DNA of 64,000 bases from Escherichia coli (GCF_036507355.1 NZ_AP027877.1), one strand, 5' to 3'. Shown: positions 23,054 to 36,584, counted from the stretch's first letter. Made by a program: numbers and translations. The notes: generated from the sequence alone by a model not told the origin.

Positions 23054-24404
23054 AAACCGTGCTCCGCGTCATTCGGAAAATGCCATACAGTACCAGGGCG
23101 ATAACCGGCACCAGACCAATGGCGATGAGATTGCCGTTGAAGATTTCCAGCAGCCAGAAGCGGAACGGGTTACCGCCATCAAGGAAACTGGAAACCTGGC
23201 CGCTGGAGCCTTCGGCAAATTTGAAGTTAACGTCTTTCGCCATGCCGGTAATAAACGGTGCGATTTTAGTCGCAATCCACAGGTCGGCAATAATCACCGG
23301 GATCGCCGCCAGAACGGTGCGGAAAATATTGCCACGGCTGGCTAAAGCAATCATCGACGCCATTACCGCCAGGTTGGCAAGGTCGCCAAGCGGCAGGACT
23401 TCATTACCTGGGAGGACAAACGCGATAAAGACCGAGATTGGCGTTAGCAGCAGGGCGGTGGAGATAATCGCCGGATTACCTACGGCAACGGCGATATCCA
23501 GTCCGATATAGAGATCGTCACGGTCAGGGTATTTGGCATTGAGATACTTTTTAATGGCTTCAGACAGCGGTAATAAACCTTCCATCAGGATGCGAACCAT
23601 GCGTGGCAGGATGAACATCACACCGCCAATGCTGATGCCAAGCAGCAACACTTTTTTGAAATCGTATCCTGCAATCACGCCGAGCAGTATGCCCAGAATA
23701 GTGCCAACCATCATCGGTTCGCCGAAGATGCCAAACTTTTTCTGTACGGTTTCCGGGTCGATATGAATACGATTGAGGCCGGGGATATGGTCGATGATTT
23801 TGTCGACCAGCAGACCGACCGGGAAGAACACCACCGAAGAGAGCGTCGGCAATGAGATCCCTTCCAGTCCAAAGTATTTTTGTACCAGTGGCGCAGACCA
23901 GTCGGCGAGTTTAAGTACTACCACCGCAGCAATCGCCGCCGCCAGCAAACCAAAGAACAGGCTGCCGGTGCTGTAATAAACCAACGTACCAGCAAGGGCA
24001 AAATGCCAGTAGTTCCACATATCTACGTCAACGGTACGGGTTTTATTTAACGCCAGCATCGCCACGTTAATCAGAATGGTCAGGGGAATAACAAACGGGG
24101 CAATTGGCGAACCCCATGTAATAGCGGAAAGCGGCGGCCAGCCTAAATCTACCACCGGTAAATTAATTCCGGTGCGTTCAACCATCGCCTGGGCCGCTGG
24201 CCCGACATTGCTGGTCAGAATATCGAAAATGGCATAAATACCGACAAAACCAATGCCGACTGTTAATGACGAACGTAAGGCTTTAGCGGGTTTTACTTTA
24301 AAACAGAGAGCAAGAATAAATAACACCAACGGCAACATTACCGTCGGGCCAAATCCCAATATATATTGCACAATATTATAGAGGGTATGCGCGATATCGT
24401 TCAT
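23046..24404 (-). CDS. PTS EIIC component (galactitol family)
   Basis: ORF 23046..24434, polytopic membrane protein; likely start MNDIAHTLYN at about 24404 preceded by a GAGG RBS. Confidence 0.8.
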   Translation of the reverse strand: MNDIAHTLYNIVQYILGFGPTVMLPLVLFILALCFKVKPAKALRSSLTVGIGFVGIYAIFDILTSNVGPAAQAMVERTGINLPVVDLGWPPLSAITWGSPIAPFVIPLTILINVAMLALNKTRTVDVDMWNYWHFALAGTLVYYSTGSLFFGLLAAAIAAVVVLKLADWSAPLVQKYFGLEGISLPTLSSVVFFPVGLLVDKIIDHIPGLNRIHIDPETVQKKFGIFGEPMMVGTILGILLGVIAGYDFKKVLLLGISIGGVMFILPRMVRILMEGLLPLSEAIKKYLNAKYPDRDDLYIGLDIAVAVGNPAIISTALLLTPISVFIAFVLPGNEVLPLGDLANLAVMASMIALASRGNIFRTVLAAIPVIIADLWIATKIAPFITGMAKDVNFKFAEGSSGQVSSFLDGGNPFRFWLLEIFNGNLIAIGLVPVIALVLYGIFRMTRSTVYA

Positions 24405-24480
24405 AATAAACCTCTTTTTCAGGCGAGAGCGCACCTCGCGTTAGCGCCTGATGGAGTGGGTTGAAATTAATTATTATTAA

Positions 24481-24762
24481 TTAATTTTTAAGGATCGAAA
24501 CAATTTGCGCCAGTACTTTCTCTTCGCCAATACCGGTAATAATCGGCAAGCCGTTAACTACCGGGACGTCGAGTTCATAAGGCACTTTAGTCGTTGAGAC
24601 TACCAGTGCTACGCCATCAGTATTTCCAGGTAAAGAGGCAACGTTGGTTTGGGAATAATTGACGTTAAGACCGTGCTCTTTACAATATTCCATGACTTTT
24701 TCTGTTACCGCCGTGGATGTGGCAATACCCGTGGCGCAGACAAATAAAATGGTTTGACTCAT
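24481..24762 (-). CDS. PTS EIIB component (galactitol type)
   Basis: 93-aa ORF; MSQTILFVCATGIATS with the active-site Cys. Confidence 0.8.
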   Translation of the reverse strand: MSQTILFVCATGIATSTAVTEKVMEYCKEHGLNVNYSQTNVASLPGNTDGVALVVSTTKVPYELDVPVVNGLPIITGIGEEKVLAQIVSILKN

Positions 24763-25232
24763 ATTTCACCTCGTTCTTTCATTTTGTTTAAGATTACTGT
24801 GTGTATTTCTGTTGTTTCCATCGCAAGCAGGGCTTGCATAAAGGGTGTATCCTGAATCATTTCCATAATCCAGCCCAGGGCATTTAATTGTTTATTACTT
24901 TCGCTTAAGGCGAGCAAAAAAATCACCCTGACAGGTACGGGGTCAGGATCGCCGCCCATATCGGCAAACTCTACCGGTTCCGGCAGGATGCCGACGGCAA
25001 TTGCATTGTGCCTGACATGTTTATGGTCCGTGTGCGGAATAGCGACGCACGGTGGTTCGGTAGGCAGCCCCGTTGGGTACGTCGCCTCACGTTTCAGTAC
25101 GTGATCGGCAAAATCAGGGACGACCAGCTCGGCGGCAACCAACGGTTGCGCTAACTGACGGATGATCTGTTCAACGCTTAACCCTGCCGGAAGTCGTTGA
25201 ATATAATTTTCCTGAAAATGTATGCCTTGCAT
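24759..25232 (-). CDS. PTS EIIA component (type 2, mannitol/fructose family)
   Basis: 157-aa ORF; conserved His in AIPHTD. Confidence 0.75.
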   Translation of the reverse strand: MQGIHFQENYIQRLPAGLSVEQIIRQLAQPLVAAELVVPDFADHVLKREATYPTGLPTEPPCVAIPHTDHKHVRHNAIAVGILPEPVEFADMGGDPDPVPVRVIFLLALSESNKQLNALGWIMEMIQDTPFMQALLAMETTEIHTVILNKMKERGEI

Positions 25233-25256
25233 TTTATTCCTCTTAAAAAAGTGTAC

Positions 25257-26003
25257 TTAACTCACTTCCCGCCGTTGCAGTACGGTGCCAAGATAATATT
25301 TATTTCCTTTTAACCAGACGTTGCCAAACTCAATGGGTAAACCTCGGGAGAAAAAGACTAACTGCTCCAGATGCAAAACGGGTGCGTCTTCACTGATATC
25401 TAAAAAATGACCACGTTCATTACCAATTAATCGCGCGGCATAGCGACTTTCCGAGTAACGAATTTTTCTTTGCGACAAACTTTCTATTGTTGGAAATAAA
25501 TTATGTTGATTAAAATCGATTTCCGCAATACCGGGGCATAGCTCAATATTGATACGGTTCTCTATCAGCATCGCTTTTTCATCACCAATTGAGCGTAAGC
25601 GTTCAAGGTAAAGAATATCCTGACCGGGCGTTATTCTTAATTTCTCTGCCACATAACGATTAGCCGGTTCAATCCGTGACGTAATAACTTCAGTGGTAAA
25701 ATGTATTTTCTGGCTTTCCAGCGATTCCGCGAATGACAATAATCCTTCACCTAACGGATATGCCACGTTCTCTTTTTTGACAAATGTTCCCTTACCCTGG
25801 ACCTGTATTAACACGCCTTCTTTTACCAGTTGGGCGACCGCTTTTTTAACGGTTCCCCGACTCACTTCCAGCATATCCATAATCTGGTATTCCGAAGGAA
25901 TGCGATCGTCTTCCACCAGATCTCCGGTATAAATACTTTCTCTTATCCACTCCACCACTTGTTGATAGAGCGGTATTTGTGACGACTTACTTAATGATTT
26001 CAT
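25257..26003 (-). CDS. GntR-family transcriptional regulator (HTH plus UTRA effector domain)
   Basis: ORF 25257..26012; N-terminal winged-HTH (IPSEYQIMDMLEVSRGTVKKAVAQLVKEGVL), C-terminal UTRA-like domain; directly upstream of the PTS genes on the same strand. Confidence 0.8.
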   Translation of the reverse strand: MKSLSKSSQIPLYQQVVEWIRESIYTGDLVEDDRIPSEYQIMDMLEVSRGTVKKAVAQLVKEGVLIQVQGKGTFVKKENVAYPLGEGLLSFAESLESQKIHFTTEVITSRIEPANRYVAEKLRITPGQDILYLERLRSIGDEKAMLIENRINIELCPGIAEIDFNQHNLFPTIESLSQRKIRYSESRYAARLIGNERGHFLDISEDAPVLHLEQLVFFSRGLPIEFGNVWLKGNKYYLGTVLQRREVS

Positions 26004-26026
26004 GGCGCGCACCTGAACATTTACAG

Positions 26027-26058
26027 TTGTCTATGGACAATCATGGACAACTTCAAGC
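26027..26058 (-). promoter_or_regulatory. candidate GntR-type operator upstream of the regulator gene
   Basis: Perfect palindrome TTGTCTATGGACAA followed by a repeated TGGACAAC half-site, about 25 nt upstream of the regulator start. Confidence 0.4.
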
Positions 26059-26201
26059 GTATAGTAGGTGAACGGGAGAAAAAGAGGATCGAAGCGTCTC
26101 ACATTTTGAGGGACCAAATCGTGATCAAAAAAATGTGACGTGAGTCGATATGTGTCAGAAGTTTACTGCGCCGTAAGGAAATAACGGCGCGTTGGTAGGT
26201 G

Positions 26202-29005
<2,804 letters not shown>

Positions 29006-29009
<4 letters not shown>

Positions 29010-29950
29010 GCGTGCGCTCCTTCATGACGACGAATGCGCGGGTCCAGCGCGGCGTTGAGCAAATCGACAATCAAATTACAGACCACAAAAACCACCACCA
29101 TCATCAGCGTAAAGCACTGGATCACCGGATAGTCACGGTTAAAAATCGCCGACACCGCATAGCGCCCGACGCCTGGCCAGGCAAAGATGTTTTCGATAAT
29201 CATCGTCCCGCCAATCAGTTCGCCAATGTGCATCCCTACGGCAGTGATCATCGGCAGCGACGCATTGCGCAGGATGTGGCGACGTTCGGTCTGTTTGTCA
29301 TTCAGGCCGCGTAGCCGCGCCCAGGTGACGTGACGCTGACCGGCGACGTCCAGCATACTGGCGCGCAGCAGCCGCGCGTTAATCGCCAGCGACATAAAGG
29401 CAATGGAAACCGCAGGCAAAATGATGTGCTGCCAGCCGCCGTAACCCATCGCGGGTAGCCATTGCAGATACACCGAAAATGCCATCACCAGTAAAAACGC
29501 CAGCCAGAAGTTAGGCATCGACACGCCAAGAAACGCGATGAAACGTACGGCGAAATCCGGCAGACGGTCGCGATGGCGCGCCGCCCAGATACCGAGCGGT
29601 ACGGAAGTGAGCAGAATTAATACCAGCGCGGCACCTGCAAGTTCCAGCGTGGCAGGCAGGAAGTTCAGCATATCGTCCAGCACCGGGCGTTGGCTGGCGA
29701 ATGAGATACCAAAGTCAAGATGCAGCGCCTTCCACAACCAGGTGCCGTACTGGACGTACAGCGGCTGATCCAGTCCCAGCATGGTGCGGGTAGAGGCCAG
29801 CATCTCCGGCGTCGGCGGCAGGTTAGACAGACGCAAATAATCGAGCGCCGGGTCGCCGGTACCGAGGCGCAGCATCAGAAAAATGATCACCGAGGCGGCG
29901 AGCACCATCGGGATCAGCAGCAGAAAGCGGCGTAATACGTAACGCAACAT
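29006..29950 (-). CDS. nikB: nickel ABC transporter permease
   Basis: 314-aa membrane ORF. Confidence 0.92.
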
Positions 29951-31524
29951 TAAGGTTTCACCGGTTTAATCTGTTCGAACGGAATTTCGGTGGCGATCGG
30001 CGCGTAGGGGATGTTACCCAGCTCCGGTTTTGATACCACCATCATTGAGATGTAACTGATAGGCAGATAAACCGCCTCGTCATGCAGACGGGTCAGAATG
30101 TCGCGATACAGCGCCTGACGTTGCGTTTCGTCATGGGTCGCCAGCACTTCGCCGATCTCTTTATCAATCAGCGGCTTGTCGGCTAATCCTTGCTGTGCCT
30201 GGAAGTCAGCGTGTGACGGTACGCGCATTGAACTGAGGAAGGCGTGTGGATCGTATGGCGCGCCCCAGGTGCGGTGGAAAATCATGCCAAAACGACCGTC
30301 GCGCTGACGAGCATAGATACTGCTCTCTTCTTCGCCAATCAGCGAGACATCTGCGCCAATCTGGCGCATATCAGCCTGAATGATTTCCGCCATCGATTTG
30401 CTTAACGCATCGGTGCCGATGAACGACAGTTCAATGCGCAGCGGCTGACCATTTTTCTCGCGGATGTCTTTGCCCGCAGGCAGCGTCCAACCGGCTTTTT
30501 CCAGCAACGCTTTCGCTTTCTGCGGATCGTACTGGCGCGGTTTCAGGCCGAGGTTGGCGTAGGGCACAGAAGGGGCAAACAGGGTGTCGGCGACCTGCTG
30601 GGTGCCATATAACGCGTTATCAATCAGCGATTTTTTGTTTACCGCGTAATTAAGAGCTTCACGTACTGCCAGCTCGTTGGTGGGGGCTTTGGCGGTATTG
30701 AGCGCCAGCATCACGGTTTCGATCGGCTGTGACAGTTGGGTGTGGTAAGCCGGATTCTGGCTAAAGCGGGCGAAGGTATCGAGCGGTAATAACCCTTCGT
30801 TTCCGTACAGCAGGTCGATATCGCCAGTTTCAAACGCTACCGCGCGGGTCGTCGGGTCCGGGATGACGTTAAAAGTGATCTTCTTAATCGCCGGCTTTTC
30901 GCCCCAGTAGTTTTCGTTACGGACGAAGACATCGTACTGATTCAGTTTCGATTCCTGCAAAACCCACGGCCCGGTGCCAATCGGCGCTTTAATCCCGTTC
31001 ATGGTTTCATGGTTTTTAAACTGCGAGGGGGCGATAAAGCGGAAAGGGCGCGGCAGGGCCAGTTCTTGCAGGAAAGGATAGTAGGCGCTTTTCAGGGTGA
31101 TCTGCAGCTCGTTTTTACTGAGTGCTTTGACATCAACAATCTGGTTTGCCAGCTCCAGCCAGGCGTGACGTTGACGGTTATCGAGCACTGCGCGGAAGTT
31201 TTCTGCCGCTGCCTCTGCATCAAACGGTTCGCCGTTGGAGAATTTCACGTCATCACGCAGGGTGAAGGTCCAGGTTTTACCATCTTCTGAATGAGTCCAG
31301 CTTTTTGCCAGCCACGGGATCACCGAACCATCAGCCTGATATTTCACCAATGGTTCATAAACCATGCTCTGGGCGAACATCTGGTTAGGCGTGTAAAGGT
31401 GCGGGTTTAGTGGCCCGACATTCACCGGCCAGGCGGTGGTGATTTCATCTGGTGCAGCGGCATGGACGATAAAAGACGCACAAGCCAGCAGCGCAAATAG
31501 AGTGCGGCGGAGTGTGGAGAGCAT
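29950..31524 (-). CDS. nikA: periplasmic nickel-binding protein
   Basis: 524-aa ORF with signal peptide, family 5 solute-binding protein. Confidence 0.93.
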
Positions 31525-31561
31525 GGTAACCCCAATGGATTAAAATAGATGGCGGAAATAA

Positions 31562-31589
31562 GTATGACGATTTTAAGTATTCGTCATAC
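31562..31589 (-). promoter_or_regulatory. NikR operator at the nikA promoter
   Basis: GTATGA, 16 nt, TCATAC dyad (GTATGACGATTTTAAGTATTCGTCATAC) about 40 nt upstream of nikA. Confidence 0.8.
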
Positions 31590-31634
31590 TGATTACCTGT
31601 TCTGGATCAATAGATGGGCAGTCGGGTGGGCGGA

Positions 31635-32222
31635 TCAGTTAACTGAATCGATCCATTGCACACTGTCGGCGGTGAGCGTAAAGGGAGTAGGGGTGCAGAT
31701 CGCCAGGCTTAAATTTTCTAGCTGACAATGGCTGACTGACAGCGAGGAGTGATAGGTGCTGTCTACGCTGACGATTTGCCAGGCGCTGCCACCACGCTGT
31801 TTAACGATGGCTTCTTTGCGCGTCCAGATGCGCCAGAACATTTCCAGTTGCTGATCAGGATGCACGGCGTCCATCTCAGCGTGTTCCCCGAGGCTGAATA
31901 CGGCGTTCGCCAGCCAGCGCCAGTTGGCGCGCGGGCGAATCACTTCGATATCGCAGCCGACTTCGCCTTCATCACTCAACAGCAGAGCGATATCGTCACC
32001 GCTATGGCTTAAGTTGAACCATAGCGGCGTTTCCGGCGCGAATGCAGGTTTGCCTTGTTCGCCATAGATGATCTCCGGTAGCGGGGAAAGCGTGTGCGAA
32101 AGTAATGCACGCCCCGCCAGCCAGCGTTGGCGTCGTGGACCTTGCGGTGCTTGCTCGCGTAAACCTGGTGGCAGTGGAGCTGCGCTTAAGGTCGAAACTT
32201 TCCCCAGAACTATCCGATACAT
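31635..32222 (-). CDS. acpT: 4'-phosphopantetheinyl transferase
   Basis: 195-aa ORF with PPTase motifs (GKP ... FNLSHSGD ... WTRKEAIVK). Confidence 0.85.
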   Translation of the reverse strand: MYRIVLGKVSTLSAAPLPPGLREQAPQGPRRQRWLAGRALLSHTLSPLPEIIYGEQGKPAFAPETPLWFNLSHSGDDIALLLSDEGEVGCDIEVIRPRANWRWLANAVFSLGEHAEMDAVHPDQQLEMFWRIWTRKEAIVKQRGGSAWQIVSVDSTYHSSLSVSHCQLENLSLAICTPTPFTLTADSVQWIDSVN

Positions 32223-32276
32223 ATCAGGGCCAACGTTTAATGGAAAATGAAAGTGCGTATCGTATCACTTGTCGCC

Positions 32277-33326
32277 TCATCCCGGTAACCGACTTTTCGG
32301 TCTGCCCGGCCCCAGTAAAATCGCCAGTTTGCTGCCGCCTTTCGTCGTTTCCATCCAGATTTTACACACGCTGGTTAATGGCACCGAAAGTAGCATCCCT
32401 ACCGGGCCGAGCAGCCATCCCCAAATTAACAATGAAAGAAATACCACCATGGTGGACATCCCCAGGCGATGGCCCATCATCCGTGGTTCTAAAATATTGC
32501 CGATGACCATATGGACCACTAAAAACAATGCGCCGACCAGAATACATTCGTAAACACCATTAAACAGCAGCACCTGAATCATTGGCGGTACGGCGGAAAT
32601 TACCGCGCCGATATTGGGCACGTAGTTGAGCAAAAACGCCAGTACTGCCCACATCAGCGCAAACTGCACCCCCATCAGCTCCAACCCCAGCCAGACGATG
32701 ACACCTGTCCATAAACTGAGTAGCGTCTTTAACGCCAGATAATGCGAAACGCCTTTAAGTGCGCGGTGTAATCCTGCGATATGAATCTGTGGATTATTCA
32801 ATGCAAAACGCATTTTGTAAGGGACGTGGCGCACTTCAAATAGCATGAAAACAACGGTCATCACCAGCAAAAGTACGCTTGCCATTGCTCCGGACAGCCC
32901 GGTCATTAGCGCCGTGGTGAAGGTAACCACTTTTTCCGAGTCCATCCGCTGCAGCATTCGCTCCGGCGACATATGCAAATTAAGAAAAGGCAACATCTCC
33001 TGCAATTTAAAAAGTTTGCGCGTCAGCTCCTTATTAAACTTCGGCAGCATAGAGATAAATTCGTTAAACGATGCCGCCAGTACGCCGACCAGCGCGGTTA
33101 GTGCGATCAGCATCACCACCACTACAATCGTAATGGCAACGGGGCGTTGTACTCCCCGACGAATAAACCAGGTGACGAGCGGGTTGAGGACGATGGCAAA
33201 AAACAGCGCCAGTAACAGCTGCACAATGATATCTGCCGCTGCGTGAATGCCCGCGAGGATCACTACCAGCGAGGCCAGCTTGAGCAGAATGTGCATGCCC
33301 GTTTTATCGGGTTGAGGGGTTTCCAT
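32277..33326 (-). CDS. yhhT: AI-2E/PerM-family membrane transporter
   Basis: ORF 32277..33407; probable start at the internal METPQPDK giving about 349 aa. Confidence 0.8.
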   Translation of the reverse strand: METPQPDKTGMHILLKLASLVVILAGIHAAADIIVQLLLALFFAIVLNPLVTWFIRRGVQRPVAITIVVVVMLIALTALVGVLAASFNEFISMLPKFNKELTRKLFKLQEMLPFLNLHMSPERMLQRMDSEKVVTFTTALMTGLSGAMASVLLLVMTVVFMLFEVRHVPYKMRFALNNPQIHIAGLHRALKGVSHYLALKTLLSLWTGVIVWLGLELMGVQFALMWAVLAFLLNYVPNIGAVISAVPPMIQVLLFNGVYECILVGALFLVVHMVIGNILEPRMMGHRLGMSTMVVFLSLLIWGWLLGPVGMLLSVPLTSVCKIWMETTKGGSKLAILLGPGRPKSRLPG

Positions 33327-33457
33327 TGGGGCTTCCTTGTGACTTTTTGTATTAAGTGTAGCGGGAGTCACGCCAGCAATATTCTGATTCTTACTGCTGA
33401 TTTTCACGTCAGCACGTGGTAAAAATGAAACACTGTTGTAAAAATGTGGTGATCCTC

Positions 33458-34675
33458 ATGCCCGAACCCGTAGCCGAACCCGCGCTAAACGGATTGCGCC
33501 TGAATTTGCGCATTGTCTCCATTGTCATGTTTAACTTCGCCAGCTACCTCACCATCGGGTTGCCGCTCGCTGTATTACCGGGCTATGTCCATGATGTGAT
33601 GGGCTTTAGCGCTTTCTGGGCAGGATTGGTTATCAGCCTGCAATACTTCGCCACCTTGCTGAGCCGCCCTCATGCCGGACGTTACGCCGATTTGCTGGGA
33701 CCCAAAAAGATTGTCGTCTTCGGTTTATGCGGCTGCTTTTTGAGCGGTCTGGGATATCTGACGGCAGGATTAACCGCCAGTCTGCCCGTCATCAGCCTGT
33801 TATTACTTTGCCTGGGACGCGTCATCCTTGGGATTGGGCAAAGTTTTGCCGGAACGGGATCGACCCTGTGGGGCGTTGGCGTGGTTGGCTCGCTGCATAT
33901 CGGGCGGGTGATTTCGTGGAACGGCATTGTCACTTATGGGGCGATGGCGATGGGTGCGCCGTTAGGCGTCGTGTTTTATCACTGGGGCGGCTTGCAGGCG
34001 TTAGCGTTAATCATTATGGCCGTGGCGCTGGTGGCCATTTTGTTGGCGCTCCCGCGTCCGACGGTAAAAGCCAGTAAAGGCAAACCGCTGCCGTTTCGCG
34101 CGGTGCTTGGGCGCGTCTGGCTGTACGGTATGGCGCTGGCACTGGCTTCCGCCGGGTTTGGCGTCATCGCCACCTTTATCACGCTGTTTTATGACGCTAA
34201 AGGTTGGGACGGTGCGGCTTTCGCGCTGACGCTGTTTAGCTGTGCGTTTGTCGGTACGCGTTTGTTATTCCCTAACGGCATTAACCGTATCGGCGGCTTA
34301 AACGTAGCGATGATTTGCTTTAGCGTTGAGATAATCGGCCTGCTACTGGTTGGCGTGGCGACTATGCCGTGGATGGCGAAAATCGGCGTCTTACTGGCGG
34401 GGGCCGGGTTTTCGCTGGTGTTCCCGGCATTGGGTGTAGTGGCGGTAAAAGCGGTTCCGCAGCAAAATCAGGGGGCGGCGCTGGCAACTTACACCGTATT
34501 TATGGATTTATCGCTTGGCGTGACCGGACCACTGGCTGGGCTGGTGATGAGCTGGGCGGGCGTACCGGTGATTTATCTGGCGGCGGCGGGACTGGTCGCA
34601 ATCGCGTTATTACTGACGTGGCGATTAAAAAAACGGCCTCCGGAACACGTCCCTGAGGCCGCCTCATCATCTTAA
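33458..34675 (+). CDS. yhhS: MFS transporter
   Basis: ORF 33416..34675, 12-TM MFS pattern; likely start MPEPVAEPALNG. Confidence 0.8.
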   Translation: MPEPVAEPALNGLRLNLRIVSIVMFNFASYLTIGLPLAVLPGYVHDVMGFSAFWAGLVISLQYFATLLSRPHAGRYADLLGPKKIVVFGLCGCFLSGLGYLTAGLTASLPVISLLLLCLGRVILGIGQSFAGTGSTLWGVGVVGSLHIGRVISWNGIVTYGAMAMGAPLGVVFYHWGGLQALALIIMAVALVAILLALPRPTVKASKGKPLPFRAVLGRVWLYGMALALASAGFGVIATFITLFYDAKGWDGAAFALTLFSCAFVGTRLLFPNGINRIGGLNVAMICFSVEIIGLLLVGVATMPWMAKIGVLLAGAGFSLVFPALGVVAVKAVPQQNQGAALATYTVFMDLSLGVTGPLAGLVMSWAGVPVIYLAAAGLVAIALLLTWRLKKRPPEHVPEAASSS

Positions 34676-34678
34676 AAC

Positions 34679-35236
34679 TTACTGAATAACCAGCGTATTA
34701 ATGATGTTTTCTGCGGTTGTCTGCGCTTTTTGCTGATCGTCAGCTGGCAGCGTAATTTGCATGGTTAGCAGTTGATTACCCACGTTACCCAGAATAACGG
34801 AAGAGTACGCCGTCTGGCCTTTCGCGGAGATAATACTGTCTAACTGCTGCATTTTGTGACCTTTCAGCTCAATGGCTTTATTGGTTACCACTTGCAGCTG
34901 CGGATCGCGGCTACGTTGCTGATCTTCCAGACGCTTCGCCAGCACCGCCAGATCTTCTTTCGGATCATCGCCCATGATGACGATGACTGCTTTCTGCCCG
35001 GTGGCGTCGGACCAGACATGCATGTTATTGGCCTGCGTTCCCAGCTTACCGCTCTGGTCGGTCATATCCGCTGGCAGCGAGAAACTTAACTTGCCATCAA
35101 GCAGGTTGACGGGATTCCCGGTAGCGTTACTTTCCGCGACCGAACCCTGCGCCGTAGCGTTAGTGTCTTTATCATCACAGGCCGCAAGCCCCATAACCAG
35201 CAGGCCAATTCCGACATATTTAACCAGATTGCGCAT
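34679..35236 (-). CDS. dcrB: periplasmic lipoprotein DcrB
   Basis: ORF 34679..35290; likely start [20 protein letters not shown] with lipobox. Confidence 0.8.
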
Positions 35237-35308
35237 TGACTTCTTCCTTTCGATAAACGGCCATAACGGCTCATTCATCCATCTTATCACAACTCTGATA
35301 ACGAACCT

Positions 35309-35974
35309 TTAACTCGCCTGCAAAGCGTTGATTTCGGATTTATCTGCCAGTCTTTTCAACAGCATATTGAGTAATACGCCATACATTGGCAGGAAGAAAA
35401 CGATACTGATTAACACTTTGAAACAGTAATCGACCAGCGCGATTTCCATCCAGTGTTCAGCCATAAAGGCATCCGGGCTACGCCAGAAGGCAATGAAGAA
35501 AAAGGCCAGCGTGTCGCTGACGTTACCGAACAGTGTGGACGCTGTCGGTGCCAGCCACCAGCGGCGACTCTGACGCAGGCGGTTAAAAACGTGCACGTCG
35601 AGGATCTGCCCCAGCGCGTAGGCCATGAAACTGGCGGTGGCGATACGGGCGACAAACAGGTTGAAGTGGGCGAGTGCGCCGAATCCCTGCCATGAACCCA
35701 TATAGAATAGCGACGAGATGACGTAGGAGATCAGCAACGCCGGGATCATCACCGCAAAGATGATACGACGGGCCAGCGGTGCGCCAAAAATACGCACGGT
35801 CAGGTCGGTAGCGAGAAAGATAAACGGAAAGCTAAACGCGCCCCAGGTGGTATGGAAACCAAAAATGGAGACGGGAAGCTGAACCAGATAGTTACTGGAG
35901 GTGATCACCAGCAGATGAAATAACGATAACCAGAACAACGCCTTATAGCGTTGAGTTTGCGAGAAAACGTTCAT
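35309..35974 (-). CDS. yhhQ: queuosine-precursor transporter (YhhQ family)
   Basis: 221-aa membrane ORF. Confidence 0.85.
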   Translation of the reverse strand: MNVFSQTQRYKALFWLSLFHLLVITSSNYLVQLPVSIFGFHTTWGAFSFPFIFLATDLTVRIFGAPLARRIIFAVMIPALLISYVISSLFYMGSWQGFGALAHFNLFVARIATASFMAYALGQILDVHVFNRLRQSRRWWLAPTASTLFGNVSDTLAFFFIAFWRSPDAFMAEHWMEIALVDYCFKVLISIVFFLPMYGVLLNMLLKRLADKSEINALQAS

Positions 35975-36194
35975 ATTGTACCTTTTTGATTAACCATTGG
36001 GGTGAGGGAACCCAATACGTACGACACGTCTGTTACCTTAACATAATAACGTGCTTACCCTTTTTTCGAGCCGCCGCATGATACTGCTTTACGTTGACAA
36101 TGCAATGGTTAATTTTCACGCAATCGTTAACCTGATTTGCTTACGGACTCACAGGGCGTAAACTAGCGCCGTTTTTTTATGTGATGAGAAGAAA

Positions 36195-36440
36195 ATGACC
36201 GATCTCTTTTCCAGCCCTGACCACACACTCGACGCACTTGGCCTGCGCTGCCCGGAACCCGTAATGATGGTGCGCAAAACAGTGCGCAATATGCAGCCAG
36301 GTGAAACGTTGCTGATTATTGCTGACGATCCGGCGACGACCCGCGATATTCCTGGGTTTTGTACCTTTATGGAACACGAACTGGTTGCTAAAGAGACGGA
36401 TGGACTGCCTTATCGCTATTTGATTCGTAAAGGTGGTTAA
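36195..36440 (+). CDS. tusA: sulfur carrier protein TusA
   Basis: 81-aa ORF with CPxP motif ([15 protein letters not shown]). Confidence 0.92.
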
Positions 36441-36454
36441 GGTGGATCACGGAC

Positions 36455-36565
36455 TGTTACCCTAACCCTCTCCCCAGAGGGGCGAGGGGACCGATCGCAC
36501 TCAATGTTGCTGCTTGAAACCGGTACGTAGGACGGATAAGGCGTTCACGCCGCATCCGGCAAGCA
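36455..36565. repeat. REP-type intergenic palindromic repeats
   Basis: CCCTCTCCCCAGAGGGGCGAGGGGA palindromic unit followed by GTAGGACGGATAAGGCGTTCACGCCGCATCCGGCA, a typical REP. Confidence 0.6.
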
Positions 36566-36584
36566 AGTGTAATGGAATACACAA

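Noticed and set aside
22776-23511. Plus-strand ORFs 22776..23345 and 23059..23511 opposite the kinase and EIIC genes
   Set aside because: Antisense to strongly supported genes, with Ala/Arg/Ser-rich low-complexity translations; no independent signals.
31590-31634. Possible FNR box upstream of nikA (TTGATCCAGAACAG)
   Set aside because: Only one half-site matches the TTGAT-N4-ATCAA consensus well; insufficient to call from sequence alone.
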